Positions 19,016 to 29,064 of a stretch of DNA of 64,000 nt are shown piece by piece; the first letter of the stretch is position 1; each line of letters opens with the position of its first letter. Under the pieces are notes generated by a model. That model did not search any database. It worked only from the letters and a program-made list of their open reading frames with translations, and was not told the DNA's origin. Both the position numbers and the translations under genes were made by a program. Origin of the DNA: an uncultured Gemmatimonadales bacterium (GTDB lineage: Bacteria; Gemmatimonadota; Gemmatimonadetes; Longimicrobiales; Gaopeijiaceae); NCBI GenBank assembly GCA_963809895.1, contig CAWELD010000003.1, positions 2,016,001-2,080,000 on the forward strand, written 5' to 3'.

Positions 19016-20440
19016 TCAGGCCGCGGGATCAGCGACCATGTCCCGCGCCGCGAACAGTTCCGCAAGAGGCGGCGTGGGGTCGCCGCCCACCCAGTCCGCG
19101 AGACGCGGACCGTCGAGGATGCCTTCCAGGGCCTGGACGCAGCGCAGGTCCACCGCGCTGCCGGCGTCGCCGCGGAGGATCTCCAACGCGCTCCGGGGAT
19201 CCATGCCCGCCCGGTAGGGGCGGTCCGCGGTGAGGGCCTCGAAGACATCGGCCACCGCCAGGATGCGGGCCACCAGCGGCAGGCGCTCCACGCCGAAGCC
19301 CCAGGGATAGCCCTCGCCGTCGAGACGCTCGTGGTGCAGGGCGGCCTCGCGTGCGAAGCCCCGGAACGCGGGCACGTCGGCGAGGATCTGCCAGGTGTGC
19401 ACCGGATGGCGCCGCATGGCCCGGTGCTCCCCCCGGGTGAGGGCGCCGGGCTTCTCCAGGATCCGGGACGAGACGCCGAGCTTGCCGATGTCGTGCAGGA
19501 GCCCGGCGCGGTACAGATCCCGGAGCTCGTCGGCGGTGAGGCCGAGCATGCCGCCGACGGCGCGGGCGTAGCGCGCCACGTTCACGGAGTGGCGCGCGGT
19601 GAACGGGCTCTTGGCGTCGATGATGTCGGCGAAGGCGCGGGCGATGCCGTCGAGCCCCGTGTCGGTGACGGCCACGGACCGCCGGCCCTCGTCCAGCGCC
19701 GCCACGCGGCGGTCCAGGCCCGGCTCGTCCAGACGCATCCACCAGCGCCGATCCCACGAGAACTCCAGTAGCCGATCCGTGAGCTCCGGATCGAACCAAC
19801 GCCCGCGCCGCTGGCGCAGCATGGCCACCATGGCGTCCAGGCCGTGCTCTCGATGAAACACCTCGGCGGTCTGGGCCAGGCCGCACACGCGGGCCAGGAG
19901 CGGAATCGCCTCTCCCTCGAGCCCGTCGGGGTGGCCGCGGCCGTTCCAGTGCTCGTCGAGCGCGCGGATGGCCTCGGCGGTCTCGGGCGGGAATCCCAGC
20001 GACCGCACGATGCCGGCACCCCGCTCGCAGCGGATGCGGATGAGCTCCCGTGCGACCTGCTGGTTGCCACGGGCGAGCCCGAGCAGGCGCCACACGCGCG
20101 TCACCGGACCCTGGCCCCGACCGGCGTTGCGTACGGCGAACAGCGCAGCCCTTAGCGGACGCTGCCAGTCCGACAGCTTGAGGGCGTACTTCGGCCCGTG
20201 GTCGTCGGTGCCGAAGACGCTGGCGACCCGGGTGGCGTTGCTCGAGCACCCGGCATCCTTCAGGAGGAGCGCGTAGAAGAGGGCGGTACGGAGCTCCGGA
20301 TCCAGATCCACGGCCTCCGCCACCCGCATGCCGATGACACAAGCCCGCATGCTGTGACCCTGCGGCTGGCCCTCGGTGAGGTCCAGCGCGCGGGTCAGGG
20401 AAGCGACCAGCTCGGAGAGGCGGACGGGCGAACGAGGCAT
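19016..20440 (-). CDS. Tandem HD-GYP cyclic-dinucleotide phosphodiesterase
   Basis: Degenerate N-terminal HD (LLKDAG, EHWNGRGHP) and intact C-terminal HDIGK...HHERLDGEGYP; start trimmed to MPRSP. Confidence 0.9.
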   Translation of the reverse strand: MPRSPVRLSELVASLTRALDLTEGQPQGHSMRACVIGMRVAEAVDLDPELRTALFYALLLKDAGCSSNATRVASVFGTDDHGPKYALKLSDWQRPLRAALFAVRNAGRGQGPVTRVWRLLGLARGNQQVARELIRIRCERGAGIVRSLGFPPETAEAIRALDEHWNGRGHPDGLEGEAIPLLARVCGLAQTAEVFHREHGLDAMVAMLRQRRGRWFDPELTDRLLEFSWDRRWWMRLDEPGLDRRVAALDEGRRSVAVTDTGLDGIARAFADIIDAKSPFTARHSVNVARYARAVGGMLGLTADELRDLYRAGLLHDIGKLGVSSRILEKPGALTRGEHRAMRRHPVHTWQILADVPAFRGFAREAALHHERLDGEGYPWGFGVERLPLVARILAVADVFEALTADRPYRAGMDPRSALEILRGDAGSAVDLRCVQALEGILDGPRLADWVGGDPTPPLAELFAARDMVADPAA

Positions 20441-20713
20441 GGAGGGGCGGGAGTGGGGGTGAATGGCTCGAATTCCATGGGAAGCAAGAACGGTTCCCAC
20501 GCGCTCCGGGCCCGGAATGTGGCAGAGGGCCGCGACATTCGGCGATATCCGCATTCGCCGGATCGAGCCGCCGCGCGGCCCCTGGCCACGAAGTCCGCAG
20601 GATCTGTGGCGTATCGCAACGGGGCCGGGCCGCCGCCCCCCTCGTGAAGCGCCGATGATGCGCTATCTTGAAGGGTCCGAGGACCCTCCCAAGCTTCGAG
20701 ACATGGACGTTTC

Positions 20714-21391
20714 ATGAGCCTGTCCAATCCATCCGCCGCGCGCGGTGTCATCCTCCTGACCGGCCTGTTTCTGGCCGGCTGTTCGGGGAATTCCAACGAT
20801 CAGTCCTCCTCCCAGGCCGCGGCGCTGCCCGAAGGCCATCCGCCCATCTCCGGTGCTGCACCGACAGCCGCGGCTCCCCAGGGACCCGCGGGTGTCGTGC
20901 TCGAGACCATGGACGGGGGTGGCTACACCTACGCGCGCCTGCAGCTGCCCGATCGTGAGATCTGGGTCGCGGGGCCGCTGACGAAGCTCGCCCAAGGCGA
21001 TTCGGTGGCGCTCACCGACGTCATGGGCATGGGCTCGTTCACCAGCAAGGCGCTGGACCGGACCTTCGACGACCTGTACTTCACCGGCGCCTACATGAGT
21101 CCCGGGGCCGGGGCCGCGACAGCCACCACCGACCCGAGCGCGGCCCCGCCCGCCGCCGGTCAGGGGACCGTGGTCGAGGCGATTCCCGCTGCCGGCTACA
21201 CCTATCTCCGGGTGAGCGCCGACGGGCAGGAGCGCTGGCTGGCCACCAACGCCATGGAGGTGGACGAGGGCGCCACCGTCTCGTGGGGCGGCGGCACGCT
21301 CATGCACGATTTCGCCAGCAAGTCGCTGGAGCGCACCTTCGACGAGATCCTGTTCGTCGGCACGGTGAAGATCCTGTCCGGGTCGGAGTGA
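20714..21391 (+). CDS. Lipoprotein with two OB-fold-like repeats (NrfJ-like) and LPxGHP motif
   Basis: Lipobox LAG-C; LPEGHPP; two repeats G.V.E....GYTY.....E.W...F.SK.L.RTFD. Confidence 0.7.
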   Translation: MSLSNPSAARGVILLTGLFLAGCSGNSNDQSSSQAAALPEGHPPISGAAPTAAAPQGPAGVVLETMDGGGYTYARLQLPDREIWVAGPLTKLAQGDSVALTDVMGMGSFTSKALDRTFDDLYFTGAYMSPGAGAATATTDPSAAPPAAGQGTVVEAIPAAGYTYLRVSADGQERWLATNAMEVDEGATVSWGGGTLMHDFASKSLERTFDEILFVGTVKILSGSE

Positions 21392-23127
21392 GCGGGAGCG
21401 GCAGTCCGTCCAGGTCGGCGGGCCGTGCCCGCACGGCGCTGGCTTTCGCCTTCGCCGCCGTCCTGCTCTTCGGGCGGTTGGGCGGACTCCCGCTCCTGAA
21501 TCCCGACGAGGGCCGCAACGCCGAGGTAGCCCGCGAGATGGCCGCGTCGGGCCGCTGGCTGATCCCCACGTACAACGGCCTGCCGTACATGGACAAGCCG
21601 GCCTTCTACTTCAAGGCCGTGGGACTGTCGTTCGCGGCCTTCGGCACCAGCGAAGGGACGGCGCGCCTGCCGTCGGCCGTCTTCGCCCTGGCGCTGCTCG
21701 TGCTCGTCTACGCGTTCGCCCGCCGCGAGTACGGGCGGCGGACGGCGGATCTCTCGGTGGCGGTGGTGGCCGCCATGCCCCTGTTCCTGGCGTTGGCGCG
21801 CATCGTCATCTTCGACATGACCCTGGCCTTCTTCGTGTCCGGGGCCATCCTGGCGGCGTATCGAGCCGAAGAGGAGGAGGGGTCCGCCCGCAGGCGATGG
21901 TACCTGCTGGGCGCCGCCTGCGCGGGATTCGCCACGCTGGTCAAAGGCCCGGTGGGCTTCATCGTCCCCACGCTGGTGGTGTTGGCCTTCGGCTTCGTGG
22001 ACGGACGCAAGGGCGTGGCCAAGCGGCTGTTCCACCCGTGGAACCTGCTGGTCTTCCTGGCGCTGGTCCTGCCGTGGTTCATCGGCGCCAGCCTGCAGCG
22101 GCCGGACTTTCCGTACTACGGTCTGGTCCGGGAGAGCCTGTCGCGCTTCACCACCCAGGAGTTCCACCGCACGGCGCCCTTCTACTACTACGGACCCGTG
22201 TTGCTGGGCGTGTGCTTCGCCTGGAGCCTCCTCTTTCCCGAAGCGGCGGTGGTGGCGTGGCGGCGGCGCTCGAGCTGGAGCCGAGCAGACCGACTCCTGG
22301 TGACCTGGGCGCTGGTGGTGGTGGCCTTCTTCTCCATCTCCCAGTCCAAGCTGCCCGGCTACGTCCTCACCGCCGTGGTGGCGCTGGGCGTGCTCACCGC
22401 GCGCCTCTTCGATCTGGCGCTGGCCGACCCCAGGGGGAGGGCCGCCCGGGTGGTACGGCACGGGGCGGTCGTGCTGGCCGTCATGAGCGTGGTGCTGGGG
22501 GGATGGCTGGCCATGGAGGTCTTCGCGCCCGGCGTGCTCACGGGGCTGTTCCACATCGACAGCAACGACTATGAGCGGGCCCGCGCGGTCTTTCCGCCGG
22601 TCCTCGCCACCATGGGCGCCATGGCCGTCGCCGCCATCGTGGGTCTGCGGGTGCGACGCGCGAGCTGGATCTTCGCGGCGTTTCTGGTCCTCCCGCTGTC
22701 GCTGGTCACCGTCTCGTTCGGCGGCCTGCGGGAGTACGCCCGCGACACCTCCTCCAGCGACCTGGCCGCGGCGGTGGCCTCGGTCCTGCCTTCCGCCGAC
22801 ACGCCGGTGGCTACCCTGGAGGCCTATCCCGGCGGGCTGGCCTTCTATCTCCGTCGCCCCCTGATCCTCATCACCGCCGACGGCCACGAGACCACCAGCA
22901 ACTACATCCCCTTCTACCTCTCGCAGCAGGAGCGCTGGCCCCCGCAGATGGTGCCGCTGGCCCAGCGTGACGCCTGGCTGGACGCCCGGCCGGGTCCGGT
23001 CCTGGTGCTGAGCCGGAAGGAGGGACGCGCCGCCCTGGACTCCCTGTCGGCGGTCCGCGGCGGTGTGGTGCGAGACATGCCCCACGGCTGGTGGGGTGTG
23101 CTGCTCCCGGGCGCGGGGGATTCCTGA
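21388..23127 (+). CDS. ArnT/PMT-like glycosyltransferase (GT-C)
   Basis: PDEGRNAEVAREM, YMDKPAFYF, ARLPSA, LVKGPVG, SKLPGY; GTG start overlaps the upstream stop. Confidence 0.88.
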   Translation: MSGSGSPSRSAGRARTALAFAFAAVLLFGRLGGLPLLNPDEGRNAEVAREMAASGRWLIPTYNGLPYMDKPAFYFKAVGLSFAAFGTSEGTARLPSAVFALALLVLVYAFARREYGRRTADLSVAVVAAMPLFLALARIVIFDMTLAFFVSGAILAAYRAEEEEGSARRRWYLLGAACAGFATLVKGPVGFIVPTLVVLAFGFVDGRKGVAKRLFHPWNLLVFLALVLPWFIGASLQRPDFPYYGLVRESLSRFTTQEFHRTAPFYYYGPVLLGVCFAWSLLFPEAAVVAWRRRSSWSRADRLLVTWALVVVAFFSISQSKLPGYVLTAVVALGVLTARLFDLALADPRGRAARVVRHGAVVLAVMSVVLGGWLAMEVFAPGVLTGLFHIDSNDYERARAVFPPVLATMGAMAVAAIVGLRVRRASWIFAAFLVLPLSLVTVSFGGLREYARDTSSSDLAAAVASVLPSADTPVATLEAYPGGLAFYLRRPLILITADGHETTSNYIPFYLSQQERWPPQMVPLAQRDAWLDARPGPVLVLSRKEGRAALDSLSAVRGGVVRDMPHGWWGVLLPGAGDS

Positions 23128-23128
23128 C

Positions 23129-24982
23129 ATGTGCGGAATCTGCGGGATGGTGCGCACCTCCGGCCCCGGCGACGACGGGACCATGGACCGGGTGCTGCGC
23201 ATGCGTGGACTGCTGGAGCACCGCGGCCCCGACGACCGGGGAGCCACCCGCGCGGGCAGCGCGGTCCTGGCGGCCACGCGGCTCGCCATCCGCGGACCGT
23301 CCGGCGAGCGGCAGCCCGTGACGGACCCGGACACCGGCGTCACCGTGGTGTGCAACGGGGAGATCGACAACCATCGCTCGCTGCGGGCGCGACTGTGGGC
23401 CGCCGGATACGAGGTGCCCGACGGGAGTGACGTCACCGTCCTCCCGGCCCTCTACCTGGAAGACGGGCCCGCCTTCGTCGAGGCGCTGGACGGACCGTTC
23501 GCGCTGGCCGTCTGGGATCCGCGGGACCGCACCCTGCTCCTGGCCCGCGACCGGGCCGGCGAGCGGCCCCTCTTCTATCTCGAGGGCGAAGGCTACGTCT
23601 CCTTCGCCACCGAGCTGTCGGCGCTGGCCACCGATCCCGAGACGCCCGCCGATCTCGACGTGGAGGCGCTGCGCCACTATCTGCGCTTCGGGCGCTTTCC
23701 GGCACCCCGGACCCCGCTCGCCAGGGTGCGCAAGGTCGCGCCGGGGTCGGTGGTGCGTTTCACCCCCGACGGCGTGATCCACCACCGCTATTGGCGCTGG
23801 CCCGTGAAAAGCGCCGCCAAGCGACCCGGCGACCTCGAAGCGTTCGACGAGGTCTTCCGCGGGGCCGTGGAGCGCCAGACCGACTGCGACGCGCGCTACG
23901 GTGTCTTCCTGAGCGGCGGCGTCGATTCGTCGCTGGTGGCCGCGGTGGCCCGCGATCTCCATCCCGAGCGCCCGCTTCCCGCCTACACGCTGCGCTTCCG
24001 CGAGGACTCCTACGACGAGGGCGCCGCCGCCGCCGAAGTCGCGAAGCTCCTGGGCCTGGAGAGCCACGAGGTCTGGATCGAGCCCACCGATTTTCCCGAC
24101 ACCATCCGCCAGCTCGTGCACATGGTGGGTGAGCCGCTGGCGGACCCGGCCTGGGTGCCCACCGCGCTGCTGGCGGCGGGCGCGGCCCGCGACGTGAAGA
24201 TGGTGCTGGTAGGCGAGGGCGGTGACGAGATCTTCGGCGGGTACCCCACGTACCTGGGCGCCGCCGTGGCGCGCGCCTATCAGCGGCTGCCGGCCCCGCT
24301 CCGGCGGGGCTTCGCGGCCCTGGTCGAGCGACGACCCCCCAGCGACCGCAAGGTGACGCTCACCTATCTGCTCAAGCGCTTCGTCGAAGGTGACGGCATG
24401 CCCCCGCTGGAGCGTCATCTGCTGTGGACCTCCACCGTGCCACCGCACATCCTGCGGCGCCTGGGCGTCTCCGAGCCGGTGGGGTCGCTGGAGGCGGACG
24501 ACGGAGCCGGTGAGCTCCTGGACGTGCTTCAGCGCCACGACCTGGAGACGTACCTGGCCGAGGGGCTCCTCACCAAGGCCGACCGTGCCTCCATGGGCTG
24601 GGCGCTGGAGCCCCGGGCGCCCTTCCTGGACCGGAGGGTGATGGAGCTCGCGGCGACCCTACCCGCCCGGGAGCGGGTGCGCGGCGTGCGCACCAAGGTC
24701 TTCCTCAAGGAGTACGCGCTGCGCTACCTGCCCCGGTCCATCGTGCACCGGCGCAAGCGCGGGCTGTCGGTGCCGCTGGCGGCGTGGCTCCGTGAGCCGC
24801 TGGAGCCCTGGGCCCGAGAGCACCTGGCCAGCGGCGTGCTGGAAGAGGTCGGCGTGCGTACGGCGGGAGCGCTGAAGCTGCTGGAAGATCACCTCCAACG
24901 CCGAGCCGACCATGCCCGGGCGCTGTGGACCCTGCTGGTCCTGGCCGAGTGGCTGCTCTGGCGTCGGGACGCCGTGCTGTGA
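23129..24982 (+). CDS. asnB: Asparagine synthase (glutamine-hydrolysing) family amidotransferase
   Basis: MCGICG N-terminal Cys, HRGPD, NGEI, LSGGVDSS, GEGGDEIFGGY, R.PFLD. Confidence 0.9.
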   Translation: MCGICGMVRTSGPGDDGTMDRVLRMRGLLEHRGPDDRGATRAGSAVLAATRLAIRGPSGERQPVTDPDTGVTVVCNGEIDNHRSLRARLWAAGYEVPDGSDVTVLPALYLEDGPAFVEALDGPFALAVWDPRDRTLLLARDRAGERPLFYLEGEGYVSFATELSALATDPETPADLDVEALRHYLRFGRFPAPRTPLARVRKVAPGSVVRFTPDGVIHHRYWRWPVKSAAKRPGDLEAFDEVFRGAVERQTDCDARYGVFLSGGVDSSLVAAVARDLHPERPLPAYTLRFREDSYDEGAAAAEVAKLLGLESHEVWIEPTDFPDTIRQLVHMVGEPLADPAWVPTALLAAGAARDVKMVLVGEGGDEIFGGYPTYLGAAVARAYQRLPAPLRRGFAALVERRPPSDRKVTLTYLLKRFVEGDGMPPLERHLLWTSTVPPHILRRLGVSEPVGSLEADDGAGELLDVLQRHDLETYLAEGLLTKADRASMGWALEPRAPFLDRRVMELAATLPARERVRGVRTKVFLKEYALRYLPRSIVHRRKRGLSVPLAAWLREPLEPWAREHLASGVLEEVGVRTAGALKLLEDHLQRRADHARALWTLLVLAEWLLWRRDAVL

Positions 24983-25003
24983 CCGCAGCGCCGGCGTGGC
25001 GGC

Positions 25004-26233
25004 TCAGGTGCGCCGCACCCGCCAGGTGATCGCCAGCGCCACCAGCAGGAATCCCGCCGCAAGGAGAAAGGGGAGCCCCGGCAGGCCCAGGCCGCTCCAC
25101 TCATCGATGGCAAGAGCGAAGGTGCGGGTGAAGAGGAGCGGAGCGATGATGCCCGCGATCCCCATGAGGCTGGTGATCGCTCCCTGGAGGCGGCCCTGCT
25201 CCGTGTCGCCCACGCGCCCGGTCATGAGTCCCTGCAGATTGGGATAGGTGAGCCCGAAGAGCGCCGAGAACGGGATCCCCAGCGCGAAGAGTCGGCCCGT
25301 GGGGGCCAGCGCGAACACGACGAAGCCCAGCGCCCCGAAGGTCAGCCCGGCCCGGAGCGCCCGGTCCTCGCCGAAGCGGGCCGCCACCTTCCCCACCAAC
25401 CCCGCCTGAACGATCATGGCCGCCACCCCCACCGCCGCCAGCACGAGCCCCACCGTGCGCTCGGTCCACGCGTAGCGGAAATCGCCGTACAGCACGAAGA
25501 GCGAGGGCATGGACTCGTGGGCCATGCGGTACAGGAACGCCGCCGCCGCCAGCCCGAACAGCGACCGGTGTTCGCGCAGGAATCCCAACGAGCCCAACGG
25601 ATTGGCGCGCTTGAGGTCGAGAGGCGCGCGCCGTTCCGGCGGCAGGGACTCGGGAAGGATGAAGAAGCCGTAGGCCGTGCCCGCCAGGCTGAGCGCGCCC
25701 GCCACCCAGAAGGGCAGGCGCAGATCCACGCTCCCCAGCAGCCCGCCCACGGCGGGGCCCAGCACGAAGCCGACGCCGAAGGCCGCGCCCAGCATGCCGT
25801 AGAGCCCCGCGCGCTTTTCCTTGACCGCCACGTCGGCCACGTACGCGTACGCGGTGGCGTAGCTCGCCGAGGTGATCCCCGACAGCACGCGCCCGACGAA
25901 GAGCCATTCCAGCGTCGGAGCCGCGGCCATGATGAAGTAGTCCATGGCCAGGCCGAAGGTGGACAGCAGGATGACGGGACGCCGTCCGAAACGATCCGAG
26001 AGCGCGCCGATGAAGGGAGCGAACAGGAACTGCATGGTCGCCCACACGGCGGCGAAGACGCCGTAGTAGAGGGCGGCGTTGGCGGTGTCGCCACCCTCGA
26101 ACTCGATGATGAGCTTGGGAAGCACCGGGACGATGATGCCCAGCGCCAGCATGTCCAGGAGGACGGTGATGAAGATGAACGCGAAGGCGGCGCGGCTCGG
26201 GCCTCGCCCCGATTCCCCGGCGTCCGTGCTCAT
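25004..26233 (-). CDS. TCR/Tet-family MFS transporter
   Basis: GALSDRFGRRPV motif A, GFVLGPAVGG motif C, EQGRLQG. Confidence 0.92.
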   Translation of the reverse strand: MSTDAGESGRGPSRAAFAFIFITVLLDMLALGIIVPVLPKLIIEFEGGDTANAALYYGVFAAVWATMQFLFAPFIGALSDRFGRRPVILLSTFGLAMDYFIMAAAPTLEWLFVGRVLSGITSASYATAYAYVADVAVKEKRAGLYGMLGAAFGVGFVLGPAVGGLLGSVDLRLPFWVAGALSLAGTAYGFFILPESLPPERRAPLDLKRANPLGSLGFLREHRSLFGLAAAAFLYRMAHESMPSLFVLYGDFRYAWTERTVGLVLAAVGVAAMIVQAGLVGKVAARFGEDRALRAGLTFGALGFVVFALAPTGRLFALGIPFSALFGLTYPNLQGLMTGRVGDTEQGRLQGAITSLMGIAGIIAPLLFTRTFALAIDEWSGLGLPGLPFLLAAGFLLVALAITWRVRRT

Positions 26234-26255
26234 GGGCGCATCGCTCCGCTTTCCC

Positions 26256-27602
26256 CTACCCGAACGGCATCCCCGGGAATCCCCCCTTCCCCGACATCCC
26301 GCCCCCCATCATGCCCTTCATCCCCTTCATGAACTTCTGCATCTCCACGAACTGCTTGAGCAGGCGATTCACCTCGGCCACCGGTCGTCCGCTGCCCTTG
26401 GCGATGCGCGCGCGGCGCGAGCCGTTGATGATCTTGGGATTCTGGCGCTCCGCCGGCGTCATGGAGAGGATGATCGCCTCCACGTGCTTCATGCGCTTGG
26501 GGTCCATCTGACCCACCGGCAGCTTCAGGCGTCCGGCGCCGGGGATCAGCTTGAGGAGTTGCTCCAGCGGCCCCATGCGCTGCACCTGGCGCATGGCGGT
26601 GAGGAAGTCCTCGAGCGTGAAGCGGCCCTTGCCCAGCACCTTCTCCTGGAGGCGCTCCTGCTCCTCCATGTCCATGGTGCGCTGGGCCCGCTCCACGAGC
26701 CCCACCACGTCGCCCATCTGGAGGATGCGGCCCGCCAGACGCTCGGGATCGGCGGTGTCCAGATCGTCGACCCCTTCACCCACGCCCACGAACTTGATGG
26801 GCTTGCCCGTGACGCCCCGGATGGAGAGCGCGGCGCCGCCCCGGGCGTCGCCGTCCATCTTGGTGAGGATGACCCCGGTGAGCTCCAGCGCCTCGTCGAA
26901 GCCCTGGGCGATGCGCACCGCCTCCTGCCCGGTCATGGCGTCGGCCACCAGGAGGATCTCCTGGGGATTCACGTCCGCCTTGATGCGGCGGAGCTCGTCC
27001 ATGAGGGTCTCGTCGATCTGGAGGCGGCCGGCGGTGTCCAGGATGAGGACGCTACGGCCCTGGGCCCGGGCTGCCTCCACCGCCTCGTGGGCGGTAGTCA
27101 CCGGATCGCCACCGAAGGTGCCGGCGTGCACCGGCACGCCCACCTGCTCGCCCAGGGTCTGGAGCTGCTCGATGGCCGCCGGACGCTGCAGGTCGCAGGC
27201 CGCCAGCATGGGTGTGCGGCTCTCCCGCAGGAAGCGCTTCGCCAGCTTGGCCGTGGTGGTGGTCTTTCCCGACCCCTGCAGGCCCACCACCATGAGGACC
27301 GTGGGGGGCGACGACGTCCAGGCCAGGGTCGGGCGCCCCTCGCCCAGCAGCGAGGCCAGCTCGTCGTGAACGATCTTGACGATCTGCTGGCCCGGCGACA
27401 CGGACTTGACCACGTCCTCGCCCAGCGCCCGCTCCTGCACGCGCGACAGGAACTCGCGCGTCACCTGGAAGTTGACGTCCGCCTCGAGAAGCACGCGCCG
27501 TACCTCGCGCAGACCCTCGCGGATCATGGGCTCGGTGAGCACGCCTCGCTGGCGAAACTTGGAAAGGACGCCGTCCAGCTTGTTGCTGAGTTCCTCGAAC
27601 AT
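26256..27602 (-). CDS. ffh: Signal recognition particle protein
   Basis: GLQGSGKTTT, DTAGR, TKMDGDARGG, RILQMGD, SMTPAER, Met/Gly-rich C-terminus. Confidence 0.97.
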   Translation of the reverse strand: MFEELSNKLDGVLSKFRQRGVLTEPMIREGLREVRRVLLEADVNFQVTREFLSRVQERALGEDVVKSVSPGQQIVKIVHDELASLLGEGRPTLAWTSSPPTVLMVVGLQGSGKTTTTAKLAKRFLRESRTPMLAACDLQRPAAIEQLQTLGEQVGVPVHAGTFGGDPVTTAHEAVEAARAQGRSVLILDTAGRLQIDETLMDELRRIKADVNPQEILLVADAMTGQEAVRIAQGFDEALELTGVILTKMDGDARGGAALSIRGVTGKPIKFVGVGEGVDDLDTADPERLAGRILQMGDVVGLVERAQRTMDMEEQERLQEKVLGKGRFTLEDFLTAMRQVQRMGPLEQLLKLIPGAGRLKLPVGQMDPKRMKHVEAIILSMTPAERQNPKIINGSRRARIAKGSGRPVAEVNRLLKQFVEMQKFMKGMKGMMGGGMSGKGGFPGMPFG

Positions 27603-27620
27603 GGCCTCGCCCAACCCCCC

Positions 27621-28910
27621 TCAGGAAACCTCGATGATCTGACTGCGGCGCGTGCCTACCGACACCCAACGGATGGGTGTGCCCGTGAGCTCCTGCACGC
27701 GGTCCAGGTAGGCCCGGGCGTTGCGCGGGAGATCCGCCAGCGTACGGCAGTCGTGGATGCCTTCCTGCCAGCCCGGCATCATCTCGAGCACCGGCGTGAC
27801 CTCGCCCAGCGCCGAGGTGTCCGCCGGGAACTCCCCGGTCCGCCCCACACGGGGAATGTCGTAGTGGGTGGCGATCCCGATCTCGGAGAGCGTGTCCAGG
27901 ACGTCCAGCTTGGTGACCGCCAGCCCCGTGAGCCCGTTCACCCGGGCGGCGTAGCGAGCCAGCACGGCATCGAACCAGCCGCAGCGTCGGGGACGCCCGG
28001 TGGTGGCGCCGAACTCGCCGCCCAGCTCCCGCATGTGGGCGTCCATCTCCGGCTCGAATCCGGTGGGGAGCGGGCCGTTGCCCACGCGGGTCGTGTAGGC
28101 TTTCACCACTCCCACCACGTCGTCGATGCGCGTGGGCCCGATGCCCACCCCGATGGCGGCACCCGCCGCCGTGGTATTGGACGAGGTGACGAAGGGATAG
28201 GTTCCGTGGTCCAGGTCCAGCGCCGTGCCCTGGGCCCCTTCCAGCAGGACCCGCTCGCCGGCGTCCAGAGCCCGCACCACCTCGGCCCCCGTGTCGGTGG
28301 CCAGCGCCGCCAGCCGCTCCCGCAGGCCCAGGGTGTGGTCCACCGCGGCCTCGAGCTCCGCCGCCCCGTCGGCACCCATGCTCTCGAGACGGCCCAACGC
28401 ACGCGCCGTGCCCTCCCGCACCAGGCGCTCCAGGCGCGTGCCGTCGGCCAGGTCCGCCACCCGGATGCCCCGGCGGCCGGCCTTGTCTTCGTAGGCCGGC
28501 CCGATGCCGCGCCCCGTGGTGCCGATCTTCTCGCTGGCCCGGTCCTCGGAGGCTCGGTCCAGGACCCGGTGGTACGGCAGCAGGAGGTGCGCCCGCTGAC
28601 TGACCCCCACGCGGCCCTCGAGATCGATGTCCCGGGCCGCCAGGGCGTCGTATTCCTCGAAGAACTGGATGACGTCCAGCACGACGCCGTTGCCCAGCAG
28701 GCAGCGGGTGCCCGGATGCAGGATCCCCGAAGGAATCTGATGGAGGATGAACTCGTCCTCCCCCACGTGCACGGTGTGCCCAGCGTTGGCGCCCCCCTGG
28801 TAGCGGGCCACGACATCGGCCGACTCGGAGAGGACGTCGACGATCTTGCCCTTGCCTTCGTCGCCCCACTGACAACCGACGACGACGGTGCACTGTCCGG
28901 ATCCGGCCAT
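27621..28910 (-). CDS. purA: Adenylosuccinate synthetase
   Basis: QWGDEGKGK, GGANAGHT, IGTTGRGIGPAY, EFGATTGRPRRCGW. Confidence 0.98.
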   Translation of the reverse strand: MAGSGQCTVVVGCQWGDEGKGKIVDVLSESADVVARYQGGANAGHTVHVGEDEFILHQIPSGILHPGTRCLLGNGVVLDVIQFFEEYDALAARDIDLEGRVGVSQRAHLLLPYHRVLDRASEDRASEKIGTTGRGIGPAYEDKAGRRGIRVADLADGTRLERLVREGTARALGRLESMGADGAAELEAAVDHTLGLRERLAALATDTGAEVVRALDAGERVLLEGAQGTALDLDHGTYPFVTSSNTTAAGAAIGVGIGPTRIDDVVGVVKAYTTRVGNGPLPTGFEPEMDAHMRELGGEFGATTGRPRRCGWFDAVLARYAARVNGLTGLAVTKLDVLDTLSEIGIATHYDIPRVGRTGEFPADTSALGEVTPVLEMMPGWQEGIHDCRTLADLPRNARAYLDRVQELTGTPIRWVSVGTRRSQIIEVS

Positions 28911-28982
28911 GCGCGTTTCTCGGGACTCGCGGGAATGTACGGCTGGTTTCGGTGGCGCTGGAACGCGGGGTGGGCGGACATG

Positions 28983-29012
28983 AAAAGAGCCCGTCCCGAG
29001 GGGAAGGGCTCT
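28983..29012 (-). terminator. Intrinsic-terminator-like hairpin in the purA leader
   Basis: Minus strand AGAGCCC-ttcccctcgggac-GGGCTCT followed by TTT. Confidence 0.65.
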
Positions 29013-29035
29013 CCGTCCGCTGAATCCTTTGGGGG

Positions 29036-29064
29036 AAGCTAGGCGGACCTCGGGAGGGTGTCAA
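29036..29064 (-). promoter_or_regulatory. sigma70 promoter for purA-ffh
   Basis: TTGACA-17 bp-TAGCTT; the -35 overlaps the upstream TGA stop. Confidence 0.7.

Noticed and set aside
25004..26233. Acquired tetracycline resistance gene
   Set aside because: Host-like composition, located in a housekeeping run after ffh with no tetR or mobile context; substrate cannot be inferred
28911..29060. SRP RNA (ffs) near ffh
   Set aside because: No conserved domain IV CAGG...GGAA...AGCAG motif; the region is better explained as the purA promoter and leader
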